Shown here: positions 34,980 to 47,400 of the stretch, one piece after another
How the letters are laid out: each line of letters opens with the position of its first letter
Numbering within the stretch: position 1 is the first letter of the stretch
NCBI GenBank assembly: GCA_964016885.1
Contig: CAXHJY010001588.1
Location: forward strand, 308-64,307
From: Eledone cirrhosa
Taxonomy: Eukaryota
Direction: 5' to 3'
DNA length: 64,000 nucleotides
Made by a program: the position numbers and the translations under genes
Notes under the pieces: model-generated
What the model was told of the DNA's origin: nothing
The model's input: only the letters and a program-made list of their open reading frames with translations
Databases searched by the model: none

Positions 34980-37900
34980 GCTAAGCTATCCTAAGCTAAG
35001 CTCTCCTAAGGTAAGCTATCCTAAGCTATCCTAAGCTAAGCTATCCTAAGCTATCCTAAGCTAAGCTAAGCTAAGCTATCCTAAGCTAAGCTAAGCTAAG
35101 CTATCCTAAGCTAAGCTAAGCTAAGCTAAGCTATCCTAAGCTAAGCTAAGCTAAGCTACCTAAGCTAAGCTAAGCTATCCTAAGCTAAGCTAAGCTAAGC
35201 TATCCTAAGCTAAGCTAAGCTCTCCTAAGCTAAGCTAAGCTAAGCTATCCTAAGCTAAGCTAAGCTTTCCTAAGCTAAGCTAAGCTAAGCTATCCTAAGC
35301 TAAGCTAATCTATCCTAAGCTAAGCTAAGCTAAGCTATCCTAAGCTAAGCTAAGCTAAGCTATCCTAAGCTAAGCTAAGCTAAGCTATCCTAAGCAAAGC
35401 TAAGCTATCCTAAGCTAAGCTAAGCTAAGCTATCCTAAGCTAAGCTAAGCTATCCTAAGCTAAGCTATCCTAAGCTAAGCTAAGCTAAGCTATCCTAAGC
35501 TAAGCTAAGCTAAGCTATCCTAAGCTAAGCTAAGCTAAGCTATCCTAAGCTAAGCTAAGCTAAGCTATCCTAAGCAAAGCTAAGCTAAGCTATCCTAAGC
35601 TAAGCTATCCTAAGCTAAGCTAAGCTAAGCTATCCTAAGCTAAGCTAAGCTAAGCTATCCTAAGCAAAGCTAAGCTATCCTAAGCTAAGCTAAGCTAAGC
35701 TATCCTAAGCTAAGCTAAGCTATCCTAAGCTAAGCTAAGCTAAGCTATCCTAAGCTAAGCTAAGCTATCCTAAGCTAAGCTAAGCTAAGCTATCCTAAGC
35801 TAAGCTAAGCTAAGCTATCCTAAGCTAAGCTAAGCTAAGCTATCCTAAGCCATCCTAAGCTATCCTAAGCTAACCTAAGCTAAGCTATCCTAAGCTAAGC
35901 TAAGCTGAGCTATCCTAAGCTAAGCTAAGCTATCCTAAGCTAAGCTAAGCTAAGCTATCCTAAGCTAAGCTAAGCTAAGCTATCCTAAGCTAAGCTAAGC
36001 TAAGCTATCCTAAGCTAAGCTAAGCTATCCTAAGCTAAGCTAAGCTAAGCTATCCTAAGCTAAGCTAAGCTAAGCTATCCTAAGCTATCCTAAGCTAAGC
36101 TATCCTAAGCTAAGCTATCCTAAGCTATCCTAAGCTAAGCTATCCTAAGCTAAGCTAAGCTAAGCTATCCTAAGCTAAGCTATCCTAAGCTAAGCTATCC
36201 TAAGCTATCCTAAGCTAAGCTATCCTAAGCTATCCTAAGCTAAGCTATCCTAAGCTATCCTAAGCTAAGCTATCCTAAGCTATCCTAAGCTAAGCTAAGC
36301 TAAGCTATCCTAAGCTAAGCTAAGCTAAGCTAAGCTATCCTAAGCTAAGCTAAGCTAAGCTATCCTAAGCTAAGCTAAGCTAAGCTATCCTAAGCTATCC
36401 TAAGCTAAGCTATCCTAAGCTAAGCTATCCTAAGCTATCCTAAGCTAAGCTATCCTAAGCTATCCTAAGCTAAGCTCTCCTAAGCTAAGCTATCCAAAGC
36501 TAAGCTATCCTAAGCTATCCTAAGCTAAGCTATCCTAAGCTATCCTAAGCTAAGCTAAGCTAAGCTATCCTAAGCTAAGCTAAGCTAAGCTATCCTAAGC
36601 TAAGCTAAGCTAAGCTTTCCTAAGCTATCCTAAGCTAAGCTATTCTAAGCTAAGCGATCCTAAGCTATCCTAAGCTAAGCTATCCTAAGCTATCCTAAGC
36701 TAAGCTATCCTAAGCTAATCTATCCTAAGCTAAGCTATCCTAAGCTAACCTAAGCTAAGCTATCCTAAGCTATCCTAAGCTAAGCTATCCTAAGCTATCC
36801 TAGGCTAAGCTAAGCTAAGCTATCCTAAGCTAAGCTAAGCTAAGCTATCCTAAGCTAAGCTAAGCTAAGCTATCCTAAGCTAAGCTAAGCTAAGCTATCC
36901 TAAGCTATCCTAAGCTAAGCTATCCTAAGCTAAGCTATCCTAAGCTAAGCTATCCTAAGCTATCCTAAGCTAAGCTATCCTAAGCTATCCTAAGCTAAGC
37001 TATCCTAAGCTAAGCTATCCTAAGCTAAGCTATCCTAAGCTATCCTAAGCTAAGCTATCCTAAGCTATCCTAAGCTAAGCTATCCTAAGCTATCCTAAGC
37101 TAAGCTATCCTAAGCTAAGCTCTCCTAAGGTAAGCTATCCTAAGCTATCCTAAGCTAAGCTATCCTAAGCTATCCTAAGCTAAGCTAAGCTAAGCTATCC
37201 TAAGCTAAGCTAAGCTAAGCTATCCTAAGCTAAGCTAAGCTAAGCTAAGCTATCCTAAGCTAAGCTAAGCTAAGCTACCTAAGCTAAGCTAAGCTATCCT
37301 AAGCTAAGCTAAGCTAAGCTATCCTAAGCTAAGCTAAGCTCTCCTAAGCTAAGCTAAGCTAAGCTATCCTAAGCTAAGCTAAGCTTTCCTAAGCTAAGCT
37401 AAGCTAAGCTATCCTAAGCTAAGCTAATCTATCCTAAGCTAAGCTAAGCTAAGCTATCCTAAGCTAAGCTAAGCTAAGCTATCCTAAGCTAAGCTAAGCT
37501 AAGCTATCCTAAGCAAAGCTAAGCTATCCTAAGCTAAGCTAAGCTAAGCTATCCTAAGCTAAGCTAAGCTATCCTAAGCTAAGCTATCCTAAGCTAAGCT
37601 AAGCTAAGCTATCCTAAGCTAAGCTAAGCTAAGCTATCCTAAGCTAAGCTAAGCTAAGCTATCCTAAGCTAAGCTAAGCTAAGCTATCCTAAGCAAAGCT
37701 AAGCTAAGCTATCCTAAGCTAAGCTATCCTAAGCTAAGCTAAGCTAAGCTATCCTAAGCTAAGCTAAGCTAAGCTATCCTAAGCAAAGCTAAGCTATCCT
37801 AAGCTAAGCTAAGCTAAGCTATCCTAAGCTAAGCTAAGCTATCCTAAGCTAAGCTAAGCTAAGCTATCCTAAGCTAAGCTAAGCTATCCTAAGCTAAGCT

Positions 37901-39220
37901 AAGCTAAGCTATCCTAAGCTAAGCTAAGCTAAGCTATCCTAAGCTAAGCTAAGCTAAGCTATCCTAAGCCATCCTAAGCTATCCTAAGCTAACCTAAGCT
38001 AAGCTATCCTAAGCTAAGCTAAGCTGAGCTATCCTAAGCTAAGCTAAGCTATCCTAAGCTAAGCTAAGCTAAGCTATCCTAAGCTAAGCTAAGCTAAGCT
38101 ATCCTAAGCTAAGCTAACCTAAGCTATCCTAAGCTAAGCTAGGCTATCCTAAGCTAAGCTAAGCTAAGCTATCCTAAGCTAAGCTAAGCTAAGCTATCCT
38201 AAGCTATCCTAAGCTAAGCTATCCTAAGCTAAGCTATCCTAAGCTATCCTAAGCTAAGCTATCCTAAGCTAAGCTAAGCTAAGCTATCCTAAGCTAAGCT
38301 ATCCTAAGCTAAGCTATCCTAAGCTATCCTAAGCTAAGCTATCCTAAGCTATCCTAAGCTAAGCTATCCTAAGCTATCCTAAGCTAAGCTATCCTAAGCT
38401 ATCCTAAGCTAAGCTAAGCTAAGCTATCCTAAGCTAAGCTAAGCTAAGCTAAGCTATCCTAAGCTAAGCTAAGCTAAGCTATCCTAAGCTAAGCTAAGCT
38501 AAGCTATCCTAAGCTATCCTAAGCTAAGCTATCCTAAGCTAAGCTATCCTAAGCTATCCTAAGCTAAGCTATCCTAAGCTATCCTAAGCTAAGCTCTCCT
38601 AAGCTAAGCTATCCAAAGCTAAGCTATCCTAAGCTATCCTAAGCTAAGCTATCCTAAGCTATCCTAAGCTAAGCTAAGCTAAGCTATCCTAAGCTAAGCT
38701 AAGCTAAGCTATCCTAAGCTAAGCTAAGCTAAGCTTTCCTAAGCTATCCTAAGCTAAGCTTTTCTAAGCTAAGCGATCCTAAGCTATCCTAAGCTAAGCT
38801 ATCCTAAGCTATCCTAAGCTAAGCTATCCTAAGCTAATCTATCCTAAGCTAAGCTATCCTAAGCTAACCTAAGCTAAGCTATCCTAAGCTATCCTAAGCT
38901 AAGCTATCCTAAGCTATCCTAGGCTAAGCTAAGCTAAGCTATCCTAAGCTAAGCTAAGCTAAGCTATCCTAAGCTAAGCTAAGCTAAGCTATCCTAAGCT
39001 AAGCTAAGCTAAGCTATCCTAAGCTATCCTAAGCTAAGCTATCCTAAGCTAAGCTATCCTAAGCTAAGCTATCCTAAGCTATCCTAAGCTAAGCTATCCT
39101 AAGCTATCCTAAGCTAAGCTATCCTAAGCTAAGCTATCCTAAGCTAAGCTATCCTAAGCTATCCTAAGCTAAGCTATCCTAAGCTATCCTAAGCTAAGCT
39201 ATCCTAAGCTATCCTAAGCT
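34980..39220 (+). repeat. Tandem duplication of a 2,119 bp unit (2 copies)
   Basis: Cassette 35001/37120, CTAC deletion 35156/37275, CCATC 35850/37969, CGATC 36655/38774 and CTAGG 36800/38919, all exactly 2119 apart. Confidence 0.92.
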
Positions 39221-41449
39221 AAGCTAAGCTAAGCTATCCTAAGCTAAGCTAAGCTAAGCTATCCTAAGCTAAGCTAAGCTAAGCTATCCTAAGCTAAGCT
39301 AAGCTAAGCTATCCTAAGCGATCCTAAGCTAAGCTATCCTAAGCTAAGCTATCCTAAGCTATCCTAAGCTAAGCAATCCTAAGCTATCCTAAGCTAAGCT
39401 ATCCTAAGCTAAGCTATCCTAAGCTATCCTAAGCTAAGCTATCCTAAGCTATCCTAAGCTAAGCTATCCTAAGCTATCCTAAGCTAAGCTAAGCTAAGCT
39501 AACCTAAGCTAAGCTATCCTAAGCTAAGCTAAGCTAAGCTATCCTAAGCTAAGCTAAGCTAAGCTATCCTAAGCTATCCTAAGCTAAGCTATCCTAAGCT
39601 AAGCTATCCTAAGCTAAGCTATCCTAAGCTATCCTAAGCTAAGCTATCCTAAGCTAAGCTCTCCTAAGGTAAGCTATCCTAAGCTATCCTAAGCTAAGCT
39701 ATCCTAAGCTATCCTAAGCTAAGCTAAGCTAAGCTATCCTAAGCTAAGCTAAGCTAAGCTACCTAAGCTAAGCTAAGCTAAGCTATCCTAAGCTAAGCTA
39801 AGCTAAGCTATCCTAAGCTAAGCTAAGCTCTCCTAAGCTAAGCTAAGCTAAGCTATCCTAAGCTAAGCTAAGCTTTCCTAAGCTAAGCTAAGCTAAGCTA
39901 TCCTAAGCTAAGCTAATCTATCCTAAGCTAAGCTAAGCTAAGCTATCCTAAGCTAAGCTAAGCTAAGCTATCCTAAGCTAAGCTAAGCTAAGCTATCCTA
40001 AGCTAAGCTAAGCTAAGCTATCCTAAGCTAAGCTAAGCTAAGCTATCCTAAGCTAAGCTAAGCTAAGCTATCCTAAGCTAAGCTAAGCTAAGCTATCCTA
40101 AGCTAAGCTATCCTAAGCTAAGCTAAGCTATCCTAAGCTAAGCTAAGCTAAGCTATCCTAAGCTAAGCTAAGCTAAGCTATCCTAAGCTAAGCTAAGCTA
40201 TCCTAAGCTAAGCTAAGCTAAGCTATCCTAAGCTAAGCTAAGCTAAGCTATCCTAAGCTAAGCTAAGCTAAGCTATCCTAAGCTATCCTAAGCTATCCTA
40301 AGCTAAGCTATCCTAAGCTATCCTAAGCTAAGCTAAGCTAAGCTATCCTAAGCTAAGCTAAGCTAAGCTAAGCTTTCCTAAGCTAAGCTAAGCTAAGCTA
40401 TCCTAAGCTAAGCTAAGCTAAGCTATCCTAAGCTATCCTAAGCTAAGCTATCCTAAGCTAAGCTATTCTAAGCTATCCTAAGCTAAGCTATCCTAAGCTA
40501 TCCTAAGCTAAGCTATCCTAAGCTAAGCTATCCTAAGCTATCCTAAGCTAAGCTATCCTAAGCTAAGCTAAGCTAAGCTAACCTAAGCTAAGCTATCCTA
40601 AGCTAAGCTAAGCTAAGCTATCCTAAGCTAAGCTAAGCTAAGCTATCCTAAGCTATCCTAAGCTAAGCTATCCTAAGCTAAGCTATCCTAAGCTAAGCTA
40701 TCCTAAGCTATCCTAAGCTAAGCTATCCTAAGCTAAGCTAAGCTAAGCTATCCTAAGCTAAGCTATCCTAAGCTATCCTAAGCTAAGCTAAGCTAAGCTA
40801 ACCTAAGCTAAGCTATCCTAAGCTAAGCTATCCTAAGCTAAGCTATCCTAAGCTATCCTAAGCTAAGCTATCCTAAGCTATCCTAAGCTAACCTAAGCTA
40901 AGCTATCCTAAGCTAAGCTAAGCTAAGCTATCCTAAGCTAAGCTAAGCTAAGCTATCCTAAGCTAAGCTAAGCTAAACTATCCTAAGCTAAGCTAAGCTA
41001 AGCTATCCTAAGCTATCCTAAGCTAAGCTATCCTAAGCTAAGCTAAGCTAAGCTATCCTAAGCTAAGCTAAGCTAAGCTATCCTAAGCTAAGCTAAGCTA
41101 AGATATCCTAAGCTAAGCTATCCTAAGCTATCCTAAGCTAAGCTAAGCTAAGCTAACCTAAGCTAAGCTATCCTAAGCTAAGCTATCCTAAGCTAAGCTA
41201 TCCTAAGCTAAGCTAAGCTAAGCTTTCCTAAGCTAAGCTAAGCTGAGCTATCCTAAGCTAAGCTAAGCTATCCTAAGCTAAGCTAAGCTAAGCTATCCTA
41301 AGCTAAGCTAAGCTAAGCTATCCTAAGCTAAGCTAAGCTAAGCTATCCTAAGCTAAGCTAAGCTATCCTAAGCTAAGCTAAGCTAAGCTATCCTAAGCTA
41401 AGCTAAGCTAAGCTATCCTAAGCTATCCTAAGCTAAGCTATCCTAAGCT

Positions 41450-44400
41450 AAGCTAAGCTAAGCTAAGCTAACCTAAGCTAAGCTATCCTAAGCTAAGCTA
41501 AGCTAAGCTATCCTAAGCTAAGCTAAGCTAAGCTATCCTAAGCTATCCTAAGCTAAGCTATCCTAAGCTAAGCTATCCTAAGCTAAGCTATCCTAAGCTA
41601 TCCTAAGCTAAGCTATCCTAAGCTAAGCTCTCCTAAGGTAAGCTATCCTAAGCTATCCTAAGCTAAGCTATCCTAAGCTATCCTAAGCTAAGCTAAGCTA
41701 AGCTCTCCTAAGCTAAGCTAAGCTAAGCTATCCTAAGCTAAGCTAAGCTAAGCTAAGCTATCCTAAGCTAAGCTAAGCTAAGCTACCTAAGCTAAGCTAA
41801 GCTATCCTAAGCTAAGCTAAGCTAAGCTAAGCTATCCTAAGCTAAGCTAAGCTAAGCTCTCCTAAGCTAAGCTAAGCTAAGCTATCCTAAGCTAAGCTAA
41901 GCTTTCCTAAGCTAAGCTAAGCTAAGCTATCCTAAGCTAAGCTAATCTATCCTAAGCTAAGCTAAGCTAAGCTATCCTAAGCTAAGCTAAGCTAAGCTAT
42001 CCTAAGCTAAGCTAAGCTAAGCTATCCTAAGCTAAGCTAAGCTAAGCTATCCTAAGCTAAGCTAAGCTAAGCTATCCTAAGCTAAGCTAAGCTATCCTAA
42101 GCTAAGCTAAGCTAAGCTATCCTAAGCTAAGCTAAGCTATCCTAAGCTAAGCTAAGCTAAGCTATCCTAAGCTATCCTAAGCTATCCTAAGCTAAGCTAA
42201 GCTAAGCTATCCTAAGCTAAGCTAAGCTAAGCTATCCTAAGCTAAGCTAAGCTAAGCTATCCTAAGCTAAGCTAAGCTATCCTAAGCTAAGCTAAGCTAA
42301 GCTATCCTAAGCTAAGCTAAGCTAAGCAATCCTAAGCTATCCTAAGCTAAGCTATCCTAAGCTAAGCTAAGCTAAGCTATCCTAAGCTAAGCTAAGCTAA
42401 GCTATCCTAAGCTAAGCTAAGCTAAGTTATCCTAAGCTAAGCTATCCTAAGCTATCCTAAGCTAAGCTAAGCTAAGCTAACCTAAGCTAAGCTATCCTAA
42501 GCTAAGCTATCCTAAGCTAAGCTATCCTAAGCTAAGCTAAGCTAAGCTATCCTAAGCTAAGCTAAGCTAAGCTATCCTAAGCTAAGCTAAGCTATCCTAA
42601 GCTAAGCTAAGCTAAGCTATCCTAAGCTAAGCTAAGCTAAGCTATCCTAAGCTAAGCTAAGCTATCCTAAGCTAAGCTAAGCTAAGCTATCCTAAGCTAA
42701 GCTAAGCTAATCTATCCTAAGCTATCCTAAGCTAAGCTATCCTAACCTAAGATATCCTAAGCTATCCTAAGCTAAGCTATCCTAAGCTAAGCTAAGCTAA
42801 GCTATCCTAAGCTAAGCTATCCTAAGCTAAGCTATCCTAAGCTATCCTAAGCTAAGCTATCCTAAGCTATCCTAAGCTAAGCTATCCTAAGCTATCCTAA
42901 GCTAAGCTATCCTAAGCTATCCTAAGCTAAGCTAAGCTATCCTAAGCTAAGCTAAGCTAAGCTAAGCTATCCTAAGCTAAGCTAAGCTATCCTAAGCTAA
43001 GCTAAGCTAAGCTATCCTAAGCTATCCTAAGCTAAGCTATCCTAAGCTAAGCTATCCTAAGCTATCCTAAGCTAAGCTATCCTAAGCTATCCTAAGCTAA
43101 GCTATCCTAAGCTAAGCTATCCTAAGCTAAGCTATCCTAAGCTATCCTAAGCTAAGCTATCCTAAGCTATCCTAAGCTAAGCTAAGCTAAGCTATCCTAA
43201 GCTAAGCTAAGCTAAGCTATCCTAAGCTAAGCTAAGCTAAGCTTTCCTAAGCTATCCTAAGCTAAGCTATCCTAAGCTAAGCTATCCTAAGCTATCCTAA
43301 GCTAAGCTATCCTAAGCTATCCTAAGCTAAGCTATCCTAAGCTATCCTAAGCTAAACTATCCTAACCTAAGCTATCCTAAGCTATCCTAAGCTAAGCTAT
43401 CCTAAGCTATCCTAAGCTAAGCTATCCTAAGCTATCCTAAGCTAAGCTATCCTAAGCTATCCTAAGCTAAGCTAAGCTAAGCTATCCTAAACTAAGCTAA
43501 GCTATCCTAAGCTAAGCTAAGCTAAGCTATCCTAAGCTATCCTAAGCTAAGCTATCCTAAGCTAAGCTAAGCTAAGCTATCCTAAGCCAAGCTAAGCTAA
43601 GCTATCCTAAGCCAAGCTAAGCTAAGCTATCCTAAGCTAAGCTAAGCTATCCTAAGCTAAGCTAAGCTAAGCTATCCTAAGCTAAGCTATGCTAAGCTAT
43701 CCTAAGCTAAGCTAAGCTAAGCTATCCTAAGCTAAGCTAAGCTAAGCTATCCTAAGCTAAGCTAAGCTAAGCTATCCTAAGCTAAGCTAAGCTAAGCTAT
43801 CCTAAGCTAAGCTAAGCTAAGCTATCCTAAGCTAAGCTATGCTAAGCTATCCTAAGCTAAGCTAAGCTAAGCTATCCTAAGCTAAGCTATCCTAAGCTAA
43901 GCTAAGCTAAGCTATCCTAAGCTAAGCTAAGCTAAGCTATCCTAAGCTAAGCTATCCTAAGCTAAGCTAAGCTAAGCTATCCTAAGCTAAGCCAAGCTAA
44001 GCTATCCTAAGCTAAGCTAAGCTAAGCTATCCTAAACTAAGCTAAGCTAAGCTATCCTAAGCTAAGCTAAGCTAAGCTATCCTAAGCTAAGCTAAGCTAT
44101 CCTAAGCTAAGCTAAGCTAAGCTATCCTAAGCTAAGCTAAGCTAAGCTTTCCTAAGCTATCCTAAGCTAAGCTATCCTAAGCTAAGCTAAGCTAAGCTAT
44201 CCTAAGCTAAGCTAAGCTATCCTAAGCTAAGCTAAGCTAAGCTATCCTAAGCTAAGCTATCCTAAGCTATCCTAAGCTAAGCTATCCTAAGCTATCCTAA
44301 GCTAAGCTATCCTAAGCTAAGCTATCCTAAGCTAAGCTATCCTAAGCTAAGCTATTCTAAGCTAAGCTAAGCTAAGCTATCCTAAGCTAAGCTAAGCTAA

Positions 44401-47400
44401 GCTATCCTAAGCTAAGCTAAGCTAAGCTATCCTAAGCTAAGCTAAGCTAAGCAATCCTAAGCTAAGCTAAGCTAAGCTATCCTAAGCTAAGCTAAGCTAA
44501 GCTATCCTAAGCTAAGCTAAGCTATCCTAAGCTAAGCTAAGCTATCCTAAGCTAAGCTAAGCTAAGCTATCCTAAGCTATCCTAAGCTAAGCTATCCTAA
44601 GCTAAGCTATCCTAAGCTATCCCAAGCTAAGCTATCCTAAGCTAAGCTAAGCTAAGCTATCCTAAGCTAAGCTATCCTAAGCTAAGCTATCCTAAGCTAT
44701 CCTAAGCTAAGCTATCCTAATCTATCCTAAGCTAAGCTATCCTAAGCTATCCTAAGCTAAGCTATCCTAAGCTATCCTAAGCTAAGCTAAGCTAAGCTAT
44801 CCTAAGCTATCCTAAGCTAAGCTATCCTAAGCTAAACTATCCTAAGCTATCCTAAGCTAAGCTATCCTAAGCTATCCTAAGCTAAGCTATCCTAAGCTAT
44901 CCTAAGCTAAGCTAAGCTAAGCTATCCTAAGCTAAGCTAAGCTAAGCTATCCTAAGCTAAGCTAAGCTAAGCTATCCTAAGCTAAGTTAAGCTAAGCTAT
45001 CCTAAGCTATCCTAAGCTAAGCTATCCTAAGCTAAGCTATCCTAAGCTATCCTAAGCTAAGCTATCCTAAGCTATCCTAAGCTAAGCTATCCTAAGCTAA
45101 GCTATCCTAAGCTAAGCTATCCTAAGCTATCCTAAGCTAAGCTATCCTAAGCTATCCTAAGCTAAGCTATCCTAAGCTATCCTAAGCTAAGCTAAGCTAA
45201 GCTATCCTAAGCTAAGCTAAGCTAAGCTATCCTAAGCTAAGCTAAGCTAAGCTATCCTAAGCTAAGCTAAGCTAAGCTATCCTAAGCTATCCTAAGCTAA
45301 GCTATCCTAAGCTAAGCTATCCTAAGCTAAGCTATCCTAAGCTATCCTAAGCTAAGCTATCCTAAGCTAAGCTCTCCTAAGGTAAGCTATCCTAAGCTAT
45401 CCTAAGCTAAGCTATCCTAAGCTATCCTAAGCTAAGCTAAGCTAAGCTATCCTAAGCTAAGCTAAGCTAAGCTATCCTAAGCTAAGCTAAGCTAAGCTAT
45501 CCTAAGTTAAGCTAAGCTAAGCTATCCTAAGCTAAGTTAAGCTAAGCTATCCTAAGCTAAGCTAAGCTAAGCTATCCTAAGCTAAGCTAAGCTAAGCTCT
45601 CCTAAGCTAAGCTATCCTAAGCTATCCTAAGCTAAGCTAAGCTATCCTAAGCTAAGCTAAGCTAAGCTATCCTAAGCTAAGCTAAGCTATCCTAAGCTAA
45701 GCTAAGCGATCCTAAGCTAAGCTAAGCTAAGCTATCCTAAGCTAAGCTAAGCTAAGCTATCCTAAGCTAAGCTAACCTAAGCTATCCTAAGCTAAGCTAA
45801 GCTAAGCTATCCTAAGCTAAGCTAAGCTAAGCTATCCTAAGCTAAGCTAAGCTAAGCTATCCTAAGCAAAGCTAAGCTAAGCTATCCTAAGCTAAGCTAT
45901 CCTAAGCTAAGCTATCCTAAGCTATCCTAAGCTAAGCTATCCTAAGCTAAGCTAAGCTAAGCTAACCTAAGCTAAGCTATCCTAAGCTAAGCTAAGCTAA
46001 GCTATCCTAAGCTAAGCTAAGCTAAGCTATCCTAAGCTATCCTAAGCTAAGCTATCCTAAGCTAAGCTATCCTAAGCTAAGCTATCCTAAGCTATCCTAA
46101 GCTAAGCTATCCTAAGCTAAGCTCTCCTAAGGTAAGCTATCCTAAGCTATCCTAAGCTAAGCTATCCTAAGCTATCCTAAGCTAAGCTAAGCTAAGCTCT
46201 CCTAAGCTAAGCTAAGCTAAGCTATCCTAAGCTAAGCTAAGCTAAGCTAAGCTATCCTAAGCTAAGCTAAGCTAAGCTACCTAAGCTAAGCTAAGCTATC
46301 CTAAGCTAAGCTAAGCTAAGCTAAGCTATCCTAAGCTAAGCTAAGCTAAGCTCTCCTAAGCTAAGCTAAGCTAAGCTATCCTAAGCTAAGCTAAGCTTTC
46401 CTAAGCTAAGCTAAGCTAAGCTATCCTAAGCTAAGCTAATCTATCCTAAGCTAAGCTAAGCTAAGCTATCCTAAGCTAAGCTAAGCTAAGCTATCCTAAG
46501 CTAAGCTAAGCTAAGCTATCCTAAGCTAAGCTAAGCTAAGCTATCCTAAGCTAAGCTAAGCTAAGCTATCCTAAGCTAAGCTAAGCTATCCTAAGCTAAG
46601 CTAAGCTAAGCTATCCTAAGCTAAGCTAAGCTATCCTAAGCTAAGCTAAGCTAAGCTATCCTAAGCTATCCTAAGCTATCCTAAGCTAAGCTAAGCTAAG
46701 CTATCCTAAGCTAAGCTAAGCTAAGCTATCCTAAGCTAAGCTAAGCTAAGCTATCCTAAGCTAAGCTAAGCTATCCTAAGCTAAGCTAAGCTAAGCTATC
46801 CTAAGCTAAGCTAAGCTAAGCAATCCTAAGCTATCCTAAGCTAAGCTATCCTAAGCTAAGCTAAGCTAAGCTATCCTAAGCTAAGCTAAGCTAAGCTATC
46901 CTAAGCTAAGCTAAGCTAAGTTATCCTAAGCTAAGCTATCCTAAGCTATCCTAAGCTAAGCTAAGCTAAGCTAACCTAAGCTAAGCTATCCTAAGCTAAG
47001 CTATCCTAAGCTAAGCTATCCTAAGCTAAGCTAAGCTAAGCTATCCTAAGCTAAGCTAAGCTAAGCTATCCTAAGCTAAGCTAAGCTATCCTAAGCTAAG
47101 CTAAGCTAAGCTATCCTAAGCTAAGCTAAGCTAAGCTATCCTAAGCTAAGCTAAGCTATCCTAAGCTAAGCTAAGCTAAGCTATCCTAAGCTAAGCTAAG
47201 CTAATCTATCCTAAGCTATCCTAAGCTAAGCTATCCTAACCTAAGATATCCTAAGCTATCCTAAGCTAAGCTATCCTAAGCTAAGCTAAGCTAAGCTATC
47301 CTAAGCTAAGCTATCCTAAGCTAAGCTATCCTAAGCTATCCTAAGCTAAGCTATCCTAAGCTATCCTAAGCTAAGCTATCCTAAGCTATCCTAAGCTAAG

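Larger units (their letters stand above)
24890..41450 (+). repeat. Copy 2 of the long segmental duplication (homologous to ~1-14,400), with an added internal 2.1-kb tandem duplication
   Basis: Same markers as copy 1. It also reproduces the 969-bp tandem (cassettes 26229/27198) and the CTATG doublet (32556/32706 vs 7679/7829). Confidence 0.88.
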
